From positions 4,836,001 to 4,900,000 of the forward strand of contig OZ024745.1 in NCBI GenBank assembly GCA_964016885.1: DNA of 64,000 nt, in the 5' to 3' direction. The notes under the pieces were generated by a model that did no database searches, was not told the DNA's origin, and was given only the letters and a program-made list of their open reading frames with translations. Numbering within the stretch: position 1 is the stretch's first letter; each line of letters begins with the position of its first letter. This DNA is from Eledone cirrhosa (Eukaryota). The position numbers and the translations under genes were made by a program. Shown one piece after another: positions 15,001 through 26,416 of the stretch.

Positions 15001-15230
15001 CAACTGACTGTCTTTAGTACCCTATTAGTGTACAACTGTCTTCAGTACCCTATTAGTGTACAACTGTCTTCAGTACCCACGTAGTGTACAACTGACTGTC
15101 TTAAATATCCTAGTAATGTACAGTTAGGTGTCTTCAGTACCCTAGTAGTGTACAGTTAGGTTTCTTCAGTACCCTAGTAGTGTACAGTTAGGTGTCTTCA
15201 GTACCCTAGTAGTGTACAACTGAGTGTTCA
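1..15230. repeat. Satellite array, ~500 monomers of 28/30/32 bp (core CTTCAGTACCCTAGTAGTGTACA + linker ACTGT / GTTGAGT / GTTGAG(A/T)GT); runs off the window start
   Basis: Continuous tandem repetition visible from base 1; monomers become more divergent over the last ~350 bp; higher-order duplications of 1374, 1966 and 900 bp. Confidence 0.98.
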
Positions 15231-15335
15231 GATCTTCTTCCCTGCTCTTCTCCTTTATTATCCTCCCATTTCCTTTTTTTATGTTTTGACACATTTCTGT
15301 GAAATAAAACATAAATTTCAATATATTTCTTCCAG

Positions 15336-15453
15336 GAGAAATCGTAATTCCTACATGAAACTCATGTTTCAAATGTTGAAAAAGAATATCTTTGAAGAAC
15401 CATTTGCAGAAAAACCTGATGATGGAAAATTACCTTCTCTATCAGCTGCACAG
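15336..15453 (+). CDS. CEP112: CEP112-like gene, internal exon A (DUF4485-type N-terminal domain): RNRNSYMKLMFQMLKKNIFEEPFAEKPDDGKLPSLSAAQ
   Basis: Acceptor tttcttccag, donor CAG|gtaaga, phase 2 to 0; resembles remembered vertebrate CEP112 KNRNLYAKLLLHMLKRGALEGPFTHRPEPGTL. Confidence 0.85.
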
Positions 15454-15886
15454 GTAAGATTTCACCTGAGAAAGATATTTACATTGCTAAGTACAGGGCC
15501 AATACAGAACTAGTTCTGAATGTAGAACTGTGATGGATTTGAAATATAAAATTTAGGGTTGCAACTGTTATAAATGACACATACAGAATAAGGAAATATA
15601 AAACATCCTTAATAAAAATGATCAAACAAGAACACAGTCATGTTTTCAATATAACACACACACACACTTACACACATACATTTATATTCATCTAACCCAT
15701 GCTAGTGTGGAAAAATAGAAATTAAATGGTGATGACATATATATATATAATATAATATAATATAATATAATATATATATATATATATATGAATGAAGTAA
15801 TTCCGTCGGAAATGTCCAGGAAAAAAGAGTGCTCTATGTAGGTAACAGAGCTTAATAGTTATGTAATAAACAACATAAGTCAATTA

Positions 15887-15947
15887 TTTCATTTACCAAT
15901 GGTTTCTTAAAAGCAAAAAAATTTTGCTTTCAATCATCAGAATGAAA
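15887..15947 (-). ncRNA. Minimal type I hammerhead ribozyme (minus-strand copy)
   Basis: Minus strand reads TTTCATT-CTGATGA-TTGAAAGCAAAA ttt TTTTGCTTTTAA-GAAA-CCATTGG-TA-AATGAAA. Confidence 0.8.
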
Positions 15948-16011
15948 AAATCCTGGTGTATTTATTGACGTTGGTTTTTAAAATCCAACGTCAATAAATA
16001 CACCAGGATTT

Positions 16012-16072
16012 TTTCATTCTGATGATTGAAAGCAAAATTTTTTTGCTTTTAAGAAACCACTGGTAAATGAAA
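16012..16072 (+). ncRNA. Minimal type I hammerhead ribozyme (plus-strand copy), predicted cleavage after GUA at 16065
   Basis: Stem I TTTCATT/AATGAAA, core CTGATGA, 12-bp stem II, GAAA, short palindromic stem III ACCACTGGT, GTA triplet. Confidence 0.8.
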
Positions 16073-16120
16073 TAATTGCCTTATGTTGTTTATTACATAA
16101 CTATATATATATATATATCT

Positions 16121-17466
16121 CATCATCATCATCATCATCATCTTCGTTTAACGTCCATTTTCCACGCTAGCATAGGTTAGACTGGAGTTGTCCCACTTGA
16201 GGCAAGGTTGGTCGGGTGACCGTGTCTCGCTCATATAGGACTATCTGGCAGGTTTTCTATGGCTGGATGCCCTTCCTAACACCAACCACATTTACAGTGT
16301 GGACTGGGAACTTTTTACCGTGTTACCTACATGGCCACATTACAGCGTGGACTGTGTGTTTTTTGTTGTGACACATACACGATCTCGATCTCATTATCTC
16401 ATTTATTTGGACTGGATGTTGTGGTACCAACTTTATAGAGAGAGGGTGGTGTTGGTGGGAGTGGGAGGATAGGGTAGGGATAGTGGATTGGGGTGTATAT
16501 TTAGTTAAGAGGTGCCTACTGACTGTAGGTTTCACTTTGTACATAGGCAAGGCGGGTCTTCTGTATTACTGCGTAGCGCCAAAGATCTTGGTCCAGTGAC
16601 ATTGTCTTGGAGAGGTGCAAGTGTGTAAGGTCGGAATTTATCAGATCGTCCCAGGTTTTTCTGGGTCTACCTACTCCGTAACTACCATCAATTTTGATCG
16701 CCCTGCACCTTTTTATACAGCTGTCGCCTTTCATGCGCATCACGTGACCATACCAACGTAGTCTTCTCTCAAGTAAACAGCATCTGATCCCTCTTATTCC
16801 TAATTTCTCACTTCGTTCATTTATGCTTTGCCTATCACGTATATTACCATTATACATCCAACGGAGCATGCATGCTTCATTTCTTTCCAGTCTGTGCAGG
16901 TCCTCTGCACACAATGCCCATGTCTCACTGCCATGTAGCATTGCTGTTTGTATACAGGCATCATACAATCTGCCTTTCATATTTAGAGCGAAACCCTTAG
17001 CGGCCAATAGTGGTATAAGCTCTCTGAACTTTTTCCATCCCGTTCTGACTCTGGCTAATGTACTTTCAGAACACCCTCCACCACTGCTGATTTCGTCACC
17101 CAGGTAACGGAAAGTGTCCACTATTTCTATAGAACCATCTGGGCAATAGAAGGAGCTAGTATCCTGTGGACACTTGCTACTTATTGCACCTGAGCATCGA
17201 CCACATATAAAGTCTACGTTCTTAGATAGCTTACCTGTGATCCCACTACATCTTTTATGTACCCATACTTTGCATTTGGGACATAAAATTGAATTTCTGC
17301 CTACTCCTTTCCTACACACTGAGCATGGCCATTTCCCAGAGGGGACCAGTGCCCTATTTTCCTTCCTACATACTAGAACTTTAGTCTTAGACAAGTTAAC
17401 TTTAAAGCCTTTTGATTCTAGGCCATGCTTCCATGTTTGGAATTTCTTCTCTAGTTCAGAACCCAT
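16121..17466 (-). mobile_element. 5'-truncated RTE-clade LINE (family A): RT C-terminal ORF with PHD-finger insertion, long 3' UTR, (GAT)n tail
   Basis: ORF 16516-17466 with GFKVNLSKTKVL, FRYLG, MLHGSETW, RRLRWYGHV, GRPRKTW; tail aacctatgctagcgtggaaaatggacgttaaacgaagatgatg. Confidence 0.92.
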
Positions 17467-17762
17467 GTTAACGATGATGATGATGATGATTCGTCATCAT
17501 CACCGTTTAATGCAAGTATGGAAGAATAGACATTAAATGGTGATGATGATGATATATAGAGAGAGAGATTGGGAGTCACCAGTTTAAACTAGTAAGACCA
17601 TTGTTCAGATAAGCACTCAATATTTGGGAAAGTAGAGTGCATGTACTTTAAAGAGTTACTGCCCGACAGCTGAGCTCTTGCATTTTGAAGGTGAGTGGAT
17701 AACTATTCACTCACTGTCAAAATGGCAAGAGCTCAGTTGCCGGGCAGTAACTCTTTACAGTG

Positions 17763-18520
17763 TATCATCATTATCACCGTTTTACGTCCATTCTTCCACG
17801 CTAGCATGGGTTAGACAGATTGTCCTGTTGTGGGCAATGCCAGGTCTGGTGACCATGTCTTGCTCATACAGAACTGATTTGGGCTTGATTTCTACAGCTG
17901 GATGCCCTTCCTAACACCAACCTCATTTACAGTGAGTGCTGGGTGCTTTTTACCAAGACACGTCCACTTTACAGTGTGGGCTGGTTGCTTTTTTGCTGTG
18001 AGATCTCCACGACCACTTTGCAGTGGGAGGCGGTGGGGGCATATTGTCTATATGCTTCAACTTTGGCTTGTACCTGTTGGAAGTCGGGTCTTCTGTATTA
18101 CTGCATAACACCAGAGGTCTCGGTCCTGTGTCATCACCTTTGAGAGGTGTAATTGGGTAAGGTCAGCTTTTATCACCTCATCCCAGGTCTTCTTGGGTCC
18201 CCCCACTCCAAGGCTTCCATCGACTTTTAGTGCTCTGCACCTTTTTTATGCAGCTGTCATCCTTCATACGCATCACATGTCCATACCAGCGCAACCTCCT
18301 CTCCTGCACACAGCATTTGATTTATCTTATGTTCAGTCTCTCTCTCAATTCGTTTATGCTTCACCGTTCTCGTATATTACTATTACACATCCATCGGAGC
18401 ATGCAAGCTTCGTTTCTCTTTAATCTATGCAAGTCTTCTACACACAGCGCCCTGGTCTCACTACTATGTAACAGTGCTGTTCATATGCACGCATCATACA
18501 GTCCGCCTTTCATTTTGAGG
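17763..18520 (-). mobile_element. RTE LINE 3' fragment (family B), decayed, (GAT)n tail
   Basis: Reverse complement encodes KGGLYDACI / QERRLRWYGHV-like segments; 3' UTR matches 29300-29550. Confidence 0.88.
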
Positions 18521-18825
18521 TAATTATTTATTTATGTTCATACATTGAACAAAAGTTTTTAAGGCCTAAATTTGACTTCCAGAATACAAGTGGCATCAAA
18601 TTTGTGACCTTTCTTTAGGCGCTTATACAAGTTTATAAGATACTGTTAAATGTAAAGCATGCTAAAAATGCCGGATATCCTTGTTCTCTCTTGTACACTC
18701 TCTTGCAGTCCAGAACACTTCATACCTCTGATCCTCATACTGCACAACATTGGAAAACCTTTTACTTTCTGCCTCTCCTCTTACTAAATAGATCTGATAC
18801 CTAGTCTCTCTTCTAGTTACCTGGT

Positions 18826-18920
18826 ATTGTTCTCTTCTAGCTACCTGGTATTGTTCTCTTCTAGCTACCTGGTATTGTTCTCTCCTCTTCTAGCTACCTA
18901 GTATTGTTCTCTCCTCTTAC
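18826..18920. repeat. Short tandem repeat, ~4 x ~24-30 bp (CTAGCTACCTGGTATTGTTCTCT...)
   Basis: Direct repeats visible. Confidence 0.8.
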
Positions 18921-19169
18921 TAAATAGTCCTGACAATAATACCCAGTGTTGAAGGGCCTCAGTATAAAATCTGGCTCCTTTTGCATGGTCCTTAAATCTT
19001 TATTAATAACCTTTCTAGGATATGTCATCAATTCAGAAGTCATTAAACGACTCCACCAAATAAAATCTAAAACCCACAAACAACCTCAACACCTTTGGTA
19101 CACTTCCAGCTGTTGGTATACTGACAGATATACAGCATCTGCAAACGTACACAGTTTCTGATTCACCAC

Positions 19170-19330
19170 TAGCAATATCCACCAGCTTCTATCTTTCACC
19201 ATCAACAAGACATACTTCAACTTCCTCAGCCACACCTACTCACATACATTGGGCTAATCCATAGGATCCAGCCTATCATGTATCTTAGCCATCACATATA
19301 TGGGCTTGCTCAAATGAAGAGCCCTCAACG
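19170..19330 (+). pseudogene. Decayed Penelope-like reverse transcriptase fragment
   Basis: Manual translation FTINKTYFNFLSHTYSHTLG*SIGSSLSCILAITYMG fits the PLE RT motif YF.F....Y.Q..G..MGS.LS..LA.IYM; in-frame stops. Confidence 0.6.
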
Positions 19331-19832
19331 CCTGTCATTTCTGCTCCTTCTTCATGGGATATGTGCTGGAGTTACGAGAAAATGCTTCCAATACACACTG
19401 TAAAGTTGTTGACATTAGGAAGGGCAACCGGCCATAGAAACCAAATCCAAAATGGAACATATGAACAAAACATAGTCACTTGATTAGTCTTACCTTAGAA
19501 TGTGACAATCTCTCTAACCTATGCAAGCAGGAAAAATAGACATTAAACATTAATGAATTGAATCTAGTTCCTTAATTTTATCATTATCACTACCATTTTA
19601 CATGAAGTGTTTTTCTACTGGCATGGCTGAGATGTCTCAGTTGTCATTTAGTTGTGGTCCGTTGCCATCTGGTATAACAGAAATAGAGAAAATGGTTGTG
19701 CATGCCATTTTTCTTTCTTGGATTCAATGGCTGGCTTCATAACCAACTACTTTACAGCATGGACTGGATACATTTTATTGTATCAGGAGCACTAAAGAAT
19801 CTTCTTTTCTTGAGAGCTATTGCTCTTTTGTG

Positions 19833-20103
19833 AAGGGTGTTGGACTTAAGAACATAATGGCATGGGTTTGATTCCTGGACTGAGTGATGTGTTATGTTTT
19901 TGAACAAAACACTTCATTTTACATCGCTCCAGTACACTCAGCTGAAAATGAGCACCTACAGTAGCAGGGAGTTAACCCTATGATGGACTAGTGTCTTATC
20001 CAGGGGTAGGGGTGGTGGTCTTGTACTTTCAGTTGCTTAAGGCAGATGAAATCAGAATAAGTACCGACCTGATGAGTCTCCTAGCTTGGGACAGACTTTA
20101 ACC
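19833..20103 (+). mobile_element. tRNA-derived SINE with Nin/Deu- and V-like internal motifs
   Basis: B-box-like ggtttgattcc; ctccagtacactcagctgaaaatgag; atggactagtgtcttatccagggg; domain names from memory. Confidence 0.6.
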
Positions 20104-21599
20104 TTCTTAACTTTATTGCTCTTTTAGGCAGGTTCCTTCTTTCATTAGGTATGTTTTTTTCATAGCTGCCCTTCCTCTGTCCAACCACATTACAACATGG
20201 ACTAGGTCTATTATCTTGTGCTACTGGCTCTAGTGATGTTGTTTGCTAAATGTTCAAAGATTAAAACTTTTATGAACTGTTAAACTAACATTTTTTTAGC
20301 TAAAACATACTTTAATTATAAAGATAAAAAGATGTTATTTGTATATCTACTTCAACAAACATTTTCTCTCAAGATATTTCCTATAGGATGAAAAATTGTA
20401 CATCTGTTCACAACTGCCAGTGGTTTATAAGTAATAGATAATTTTTAACTTCAAAATAAAAAAAAGTGTTTACTCACTTATCATAAGGTGCACAATTTAG
20501 ATGTACTGATTGACTTGCAAATAACACTTTCTCTCTTAAGCAAACTCAGCAAATGCAAATTGTTACTGCGTTGATAAGTTGGTTGTGAATGGTAGCTAAG
20601 AAGTTTAGACATTGGATCAAATGCACAAAAGATCAGGGACACATGAATCAATGAGTGAGCCTTTGGATCAAATATACAGAAGTTCAGGGACACATGAATC
20701 AATGAGTGTGTTTCTATATGGCCATTTAATCTACTAGAAATAGCAGCCAAATCTCCTACAAATCACATCTTAAAAAAAGACGTATACATCAAAAGATTAA
20801 GTTATGGTTTGAATTCTTCTGATCTCCTCTAATTATAGGTATACTCTTCCCACACATCTCCCTCACCACCCTCCAGGGAAACGCCTTCTCTATTCTGTCC
20901 ACTGGGGTCACGAGACAGCCAGCATGTGGGCCCCCATTTGCTTATAATAGTGAGAGATGGAGACATCGACTATACCAGCATTGCTGAAGTATTTTGTAGA
21001 GTTAAAGGTTAAGTGATTTTATAACAACAACAGTTTGGTATACTTAACTTAGAGTTAACCAGTTAACCCAGGAACTGTAAATAGTTAACTATCACTGGAA
21101 ATATGTTCTGTGATTTGCACTAAAAAACTCTCATAGTTGTTTCCACAGACCAAAATAATATCTGTATTTATGGAATATTTTATTTGTACAAATTTCTTTT
21201 GGGAAATATCATCCAATTATTAAGTTTAGTTGATTAGTAGAGAATAGTTAAACTACAAGCTGGTTACTGACATGTTTAGTATTGGAAATAATTTAAAACA
21301 ACTACTCTTCGGTTATGTCAAAAACATAACAACTTCCTTAGTGTTGGTGCCATGATAAAATACACCTAGTAGAGTGTGGGGTTGTATGTCAAGTCCTGCT
21401 GGGGGTCAGAAATTGATTACTGTCCAATCAGTGATGACATGTCCATCTTTGCTAGCAGGGAAAACTGACATTAAATGAGCATGATGATGATGATGGTGGT
21501 GGTGATGATGATGATGATAGTGGTTGTGGTTGTGGTGGTGGTAGCGATGATGATGGTGGTGGTGGTGGTGATGATGGTGATGATGTGATGATAATGATG

Positions 21600-21950
21600 A
21601 ACTTGTGATTGCTGAAGTCTTTATACTTCAAATATCTGAAGTCTTTGAATATATTAGAAGTGGGCAATGTTGAGAGAACTGAGGTGGACATTCTCCACTG
21701 GATATGTAGAGTTCCTGAAGAACTGAGGGAAAATGAACTGAAACAGAATGTCTAAGAAGAATGAACTGGTTTGGACTTGTGATGCCCATGAAGGATGTTT
21801 GTTGGATAAAGAATGATCAAGTGATTCTTGGCACAGTAAACTGCAGAAGAGGAAGATATGGGAAGAAAGGGTGAAAGCTGATCTCAGGATGTGGAACCTC
21901 ATAAAGGACCTCTTGCAAAAATATCGAACCTGAGAAAGCATGTCTCAAGG
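21600..21950 (+). mobile_element. Highly decayed RTE LINE 3' fragment, preceded by a GAT/GGT microsatellite (21481-21600)
   Basis: Remnants ctggtttggacttgtgatg (RW.GHVM) and gaagatatgggaagaaagggtgaaagctgatctc (KTW.E.VKADL). Confidence 0.55.
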
Positions 21951-22883
21951 CAACCACTCTAGTGTTGGTGACACACTAAAATACATACAGTCGTAAAAAA
22001 ACTATGCCAGAACTGGTATGTATCCTTGGCTCCCAAATAATAGGTGGGGAATTGAAAAAATTCTGAAAAATAAATAAGCAGGGTTGGGGTCGATTTTTCA
22101 AGACCCAAGAGTTTGTAAGGCATGGGTAGTACAAGGAAGTACTGGGTCTGGTGTAATGGCCCATAATAGTAGCTACAAGGAAGTACTGGGTCTGGTATAA
22201 TGACCCATGTTACCCATAGATAGTATAAAAAAGTGGATATAACTGATAATGATGATTATTACAATATATAGAGTATTATCATCCATTTCTACTGAGTACG
22301 TGATCTCAGCCTCCTCTTCTTTCATTATTCTGTTCTTACAGTTAACAACCATAGCTAGGAATTGATCCTTAAGATTAACTTTTAAGACGTTGCCTTTGTA
22401 TCTTATTTTCTAGTACCATTGTTGTTGACGTGAAATTGGAAGAGTTGTTAGAACATCAGATAGAATGATTTACAGCATTTCTTCTGGCTCTTTACTCTCT
22501 GAATTCAAATTGTGCTGAGGTCAACTTTGCCTTTTATCCTTTCTATACCTCTTTCTCATTTTCTATCCTTCTCTGGAAAGAATCTGCTGTGAGAGGAAAT
22601 GGGCTCTGCCAGGTTTAAAATGCCCAAGAAACCCAGTGTGTTACTATGGCATCTCTACAATTCTGTAGAGATGCCCTACATGTATACATTGTTGTTATTT
22701 AGTTCACACTACCTATTAGGTCCCATCTTGCTTGAATATAACATTGACATATTTTATCTCCAGTAGTTGTGGAGTGATGGCTTTCAAATGCTGTCAGTAG
22801 TTTCTTAGGTTTTACTGTCTAAAAACAAAATAAGTATTAAAAATTTTTGCCAGGATTATAAATCTTCATTAGTGTTAATAAGG

Positions 22884-23065
22884 GCGATGGATTGGTAAAA
22901 AGTCTGACGTGCTTTGTGTCATGTAGTTACATCCCTTTAAGTTCTGAGTTCAAATCTCGCCAGGTTAACTTTGCCTTTCATCCTTACGGGGTCGATAAAG
23001 TAAAGTACCAGTAATACATTTGGGTAATTGTTGTCCTTGTGCTAAAAGTAGAAACATTATTATTA
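22884..23065 (+). mobile_element. tRNA-derived MetaSINE-like SINE; further partial copies at ~22430-22635 and ~23095-23250
   Basis: gagttcaaat B box followed by aactttgcctttcatccttacggggtcgataaagtaaagtaccag and an (ATT)n tail; motif recurs more than 10 times in the window. Confidence 0.8.
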
Positions 23066-23904
23066 TCATTATTAGATGTAGTGACTTATTGTAGAGCACT
23101 GGATTACATACTTGCAACATTTACTTATATCCTTTGATGTTTTCAATTCAAATCCTGCCAACTTTGTCTCTCATCTTTCATGAGCCAATAAAATACTAGG
23201 GTTGATTGAAGAGTCCACCCTTCAAATTTGTGGCCTTTATCCAAGTGTGAAAAAAGGCACATTATTTAGCAGTATAGTTTATTTACATTTACTGTAATGT
23301 CCAATCTCAGTTCTTTGTGCTCTGTATACAGGTTTGCTCAACACTTTATTATCTCTGTCTTTTGTTTTTATAAATGTGTTCCTTTGTACAGCAAAAATAA
23401 GATAACTTGCACTGAATCAGAATAAAATACAAGTCAATATTAACATTTAATTCTAGGTTCACTCTTTGAAAACTGTCATGAAACGTGTGCTATGATTTTA
23501 TGTTAGTGAATTAATGTTTTTCCCGAGAACATTATTCACTACAATGTAATTCATGACAAATATCTTAGTCGACTGGGAAAAATGAACAATGTAAAATCCA
23601 CTCATTAAACGTGGATAGCGACAGTGAGCAACAAATACGACTTAGCTTTACAAGGGAATTTGCCTGCAGCATAGTTTACAATAGAACTGTCCTTTTATCA
23701 ATGCTATACATAAACTTGTAGACTGTCAATCTTTAAGTGATCAGTTTGGGAAAATATGGTTATTCTGTGATTCACGTACATATTTTAACTGAGGGAGATC
23801 TGAAAATATTACATTTTGTTGAGAATTTGTATCAAAACCCACAAACACAATGAATCAACTGACAAACTAACCATGGAACTAATATATATAATTATTTATT
23901 GGCT

Positions 23905-25645
23905 GGTTGTGTGATGTGTGTGTTGTGTGGTGTGTGTTGTGTGGTGTGTGTGTTGTGTGGTGTGTGGTGTGTGTTGTGTGGTGTGTGTGTTGTGTGGTGT
24001 GTGGTGTGTGGTGTGTGTGTTGTGTGGTGTGTGGTGTGTGGTGTGTGGTGTGTGATGTGTGTGATGTGTGTGATGTGTGTTGTATGGTGTGTGGTGTGTG
24101 GTGTGTGGTGTGTGATGTGTGATGTGTGTGATGTGTGTTGTATGGTGTGTGGTGTGGTGTGTGTGGTGTGTGGTGTGCGATGTGTGTTGTGTGGTGTGTG
24201 TGTTGTGTGATGTGTGGTGCGTGGTGTGTGGTGTGTGATGTGTGATGTGTGAGATGTGTGTGATGTGTGTTGTATGGTGTGGTGTGGTGTGTGTGGTGTG
24301 TGATGTGTGGTGTGCGATGTGTGTTGTGTGGTGTGTGTGTTGTGTGGTGTGTGGTGTGTGGTGTGTGATGTGTGTGATGTGTGTTGTATGGTGTGTGGTG
24401 TGTGTGGTGTGTGATGTGTGTGATGTGTGGTGTGTGTGATGTGTGGTGTGTGGTGTGTGGTGTGTGATGTGTGATGTGTGTGATGTGTGTGATGTGTGTT
24501 GTGTGGTGTGTGGTGTGTGGTGTGTGGTGTGTGATGTGTGATGTGTGTGATGTGTGATGTGTGTGATGTGTGTTGTATGGTGTGTGGTGTATGGTGTGTG
24601 TGGTGTGTGATGTGGTGTGCGATGTGTGTTGTGTGGTGTGTGGTGCATGATGTGTGGTGTGTGATGTGTGATGTATGATGTGTGATGTGTGTGATGTGTG
24701 TGATATGTGTTGTATGGTGTGTGGTGTGTGGTGTGTGGTGTATGATGTGTGGTGTGTGATATGTGTGTTGTGTGATGTGTGGTGTGTGATGTGTGTGTTG
24801 TGTGATGTGTGTGATGTGTGATGTGTGTGTTGTGTGATGTGTGGTGTGTGATGTGTGTGTTGTGTGATGTGTGTGTTGTGTGATGTGTGATGTGTGATGT
24901 GTGGTGTGTGGTGTGTGGTGTGTGTGTTGTGTAATGTGATGTGTGTGATGTGTGATGTGTGATGTGTGGTGTGTGGTGTGTGTGTTGTGTAATGTGATGT
25001 GTGTGATGTGTGATGTGTGATGTGTGATGTGTGGTGTGTGTGTTGTGTGATGTGTGATGTGTGATGTGTGGTGTGTGGTGTGTGTGTTGTGTGATGCGTG
25101 ATGTGTGTGTTGTGTGGTGTGTGTTGTGTGTGTTGTGGGATGTGTGTGTTGTGTGATGTGTGGTGTGTGATGTGTGATGTGTGTGTGTTGTGTGATGTGT
25201 GGTGTGTGATGTGTGTGATGTCTGATGTGTGGTGTGTGATGTGTGTGATGTGTAATGTGTAATGTGTGGTGTGTGATGTGTGTGTTGTGTGATGTGTGTG
25301 TTGTGTGGTGTGTGATGTGTGTGATGTCTGATGTGTGGTGTGTGATGTGTGTGTTGTGTGATGTGTGTGTTGTATGATGTGTGGTGTGTGTGATGTCTGA
25401 TGTGTGGTGTGTGATGTGTGGTGTGTGGTGTGTGGTGTGTGATGTGTGGTGTGTGATGTGTGTGTTGTGTGATGTGTGATGTGTGATGTGTGTGTTGTGT
25501 AATGTGTGATGTGTGATGTGTGGTGTGTGATGTGTGTGTTGTGTGATGTGTGATGTGTGATGTGTGTGTTGTGTGATGTGTGATGTGTGATGTGTGGTGT
25601 GTGATGTGTGATGTGTGGTGTGTGATGTGTGTGATGTGTAATGTG
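23905..25645. repeat. Compound GT-rich microsatellite (GTGTG/GTGAT/GTTGT)
   Basis: Low-complexity tandem sequence; explains the His/Thr and Cys/Val ORFs. Confidence 0.97.
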
Positions 25646-25925
25646 GGTAAAAGAGGAATCAGGTGTAATGTATAGGAGAGAGGACTGCGCTGGTATGGAC
25701 ATGTGATGTGTATGGGTGATAATTGTTGGGTAAAGAAGTATCTTGAAATCCATGTGGAAGGAAACTGTAGCAGAGGGAGACTTGGGCAGGTGTTGTGAGA
25801 GCTGATCTCAAATCACTGGAGCTCATAGAGGAGATGACAAAGGACCACAACAAATTGAGGGATGCTGGGATAGAAAAGACCTATCAAACCCACGCAAGCT
25901 TGGAAAAATGGATGTAAAATGTTGA
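25640..25925 (+). mobile_element. RTE LINE 3' fragment with short 3' UTR
   Basis: ggactgcgctggtatggacatgtgatg (LRWYGHVM); tail aacccacgcaagcttggaaaaatggatgtaaaatg. Confidence 0.8.
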
Positions 25926-26416
25926 TAGAAAACAAAACTAAATTTTTATATTAAAAAAGCCTAACATCCGTAAGCAGCCAGGACATAAGTATTCACCCAG
26001 TACACTCCTGTAAAGCTTGAGTAATGGCTAATCTGTGACAACAAACCCAACCTTTGCTTAACAGGGAAAACAGAGCTTAGATAACAACAATGATGATGAT
26101 GATGATGATGCATTAGTACTAATAGGAAGAATCCACACTGTACAACATCTCAGAGAGATTATCATTCTCTTCTTATCACCCACTACAACATCTGTATCAG
26201 ATAAATTGTTTAAATGACAATCAAAGAAAATATTCCAAAGTATTGAGAGGAGTCGGGGAGATATGTAACTCTAGAGAGATTGTTTATTATGAGAATAGCA
26301 GAGCATCTGAGGAAATGGAAGTGAATGAAGAAATAGATAGCAGAGAAACAAAGTAAAAAGAGGAAGAAGAGACTGAGTGGGAAGTGATGCAGAAGAGGAA
26401 GAAAATATATATATAT

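Larger units (their letters stand above)
15855..16104. mobile_element. Penelope-like element remnant: ~120-bp-arm inverted repeat between (TA)n tracts
   Basis: 15855-15975 is a near-perfect reverse complement of ~15984-16104; each arm holds a minimal hammerhead, a known hallmark of PLE pseudo-LTRs. Confidence 0.75.

Noticed and set aside
1-15230. CRISPR-like constant repeat plus variable spacer; many short LQYPSSVQ ORFs
   Set aside because: Linkers are only 5-9 bp from a few recurring variants, there are no cas genes and the context is eukaryotic; the ORFs are translations of the satellite
20048-20075. GAAA...CTGATGA as a possible type II hammerhead
   Set aside because: Stems I and III cannot be formed in the 17 nt between the motifs; it is part of a SINE 3' region
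23879-25753. 624-aa His/Thr-rich ORF
   Set aside because: Translation of the complement of a GT-rich microsatellite; several frames are open for compositional reasons
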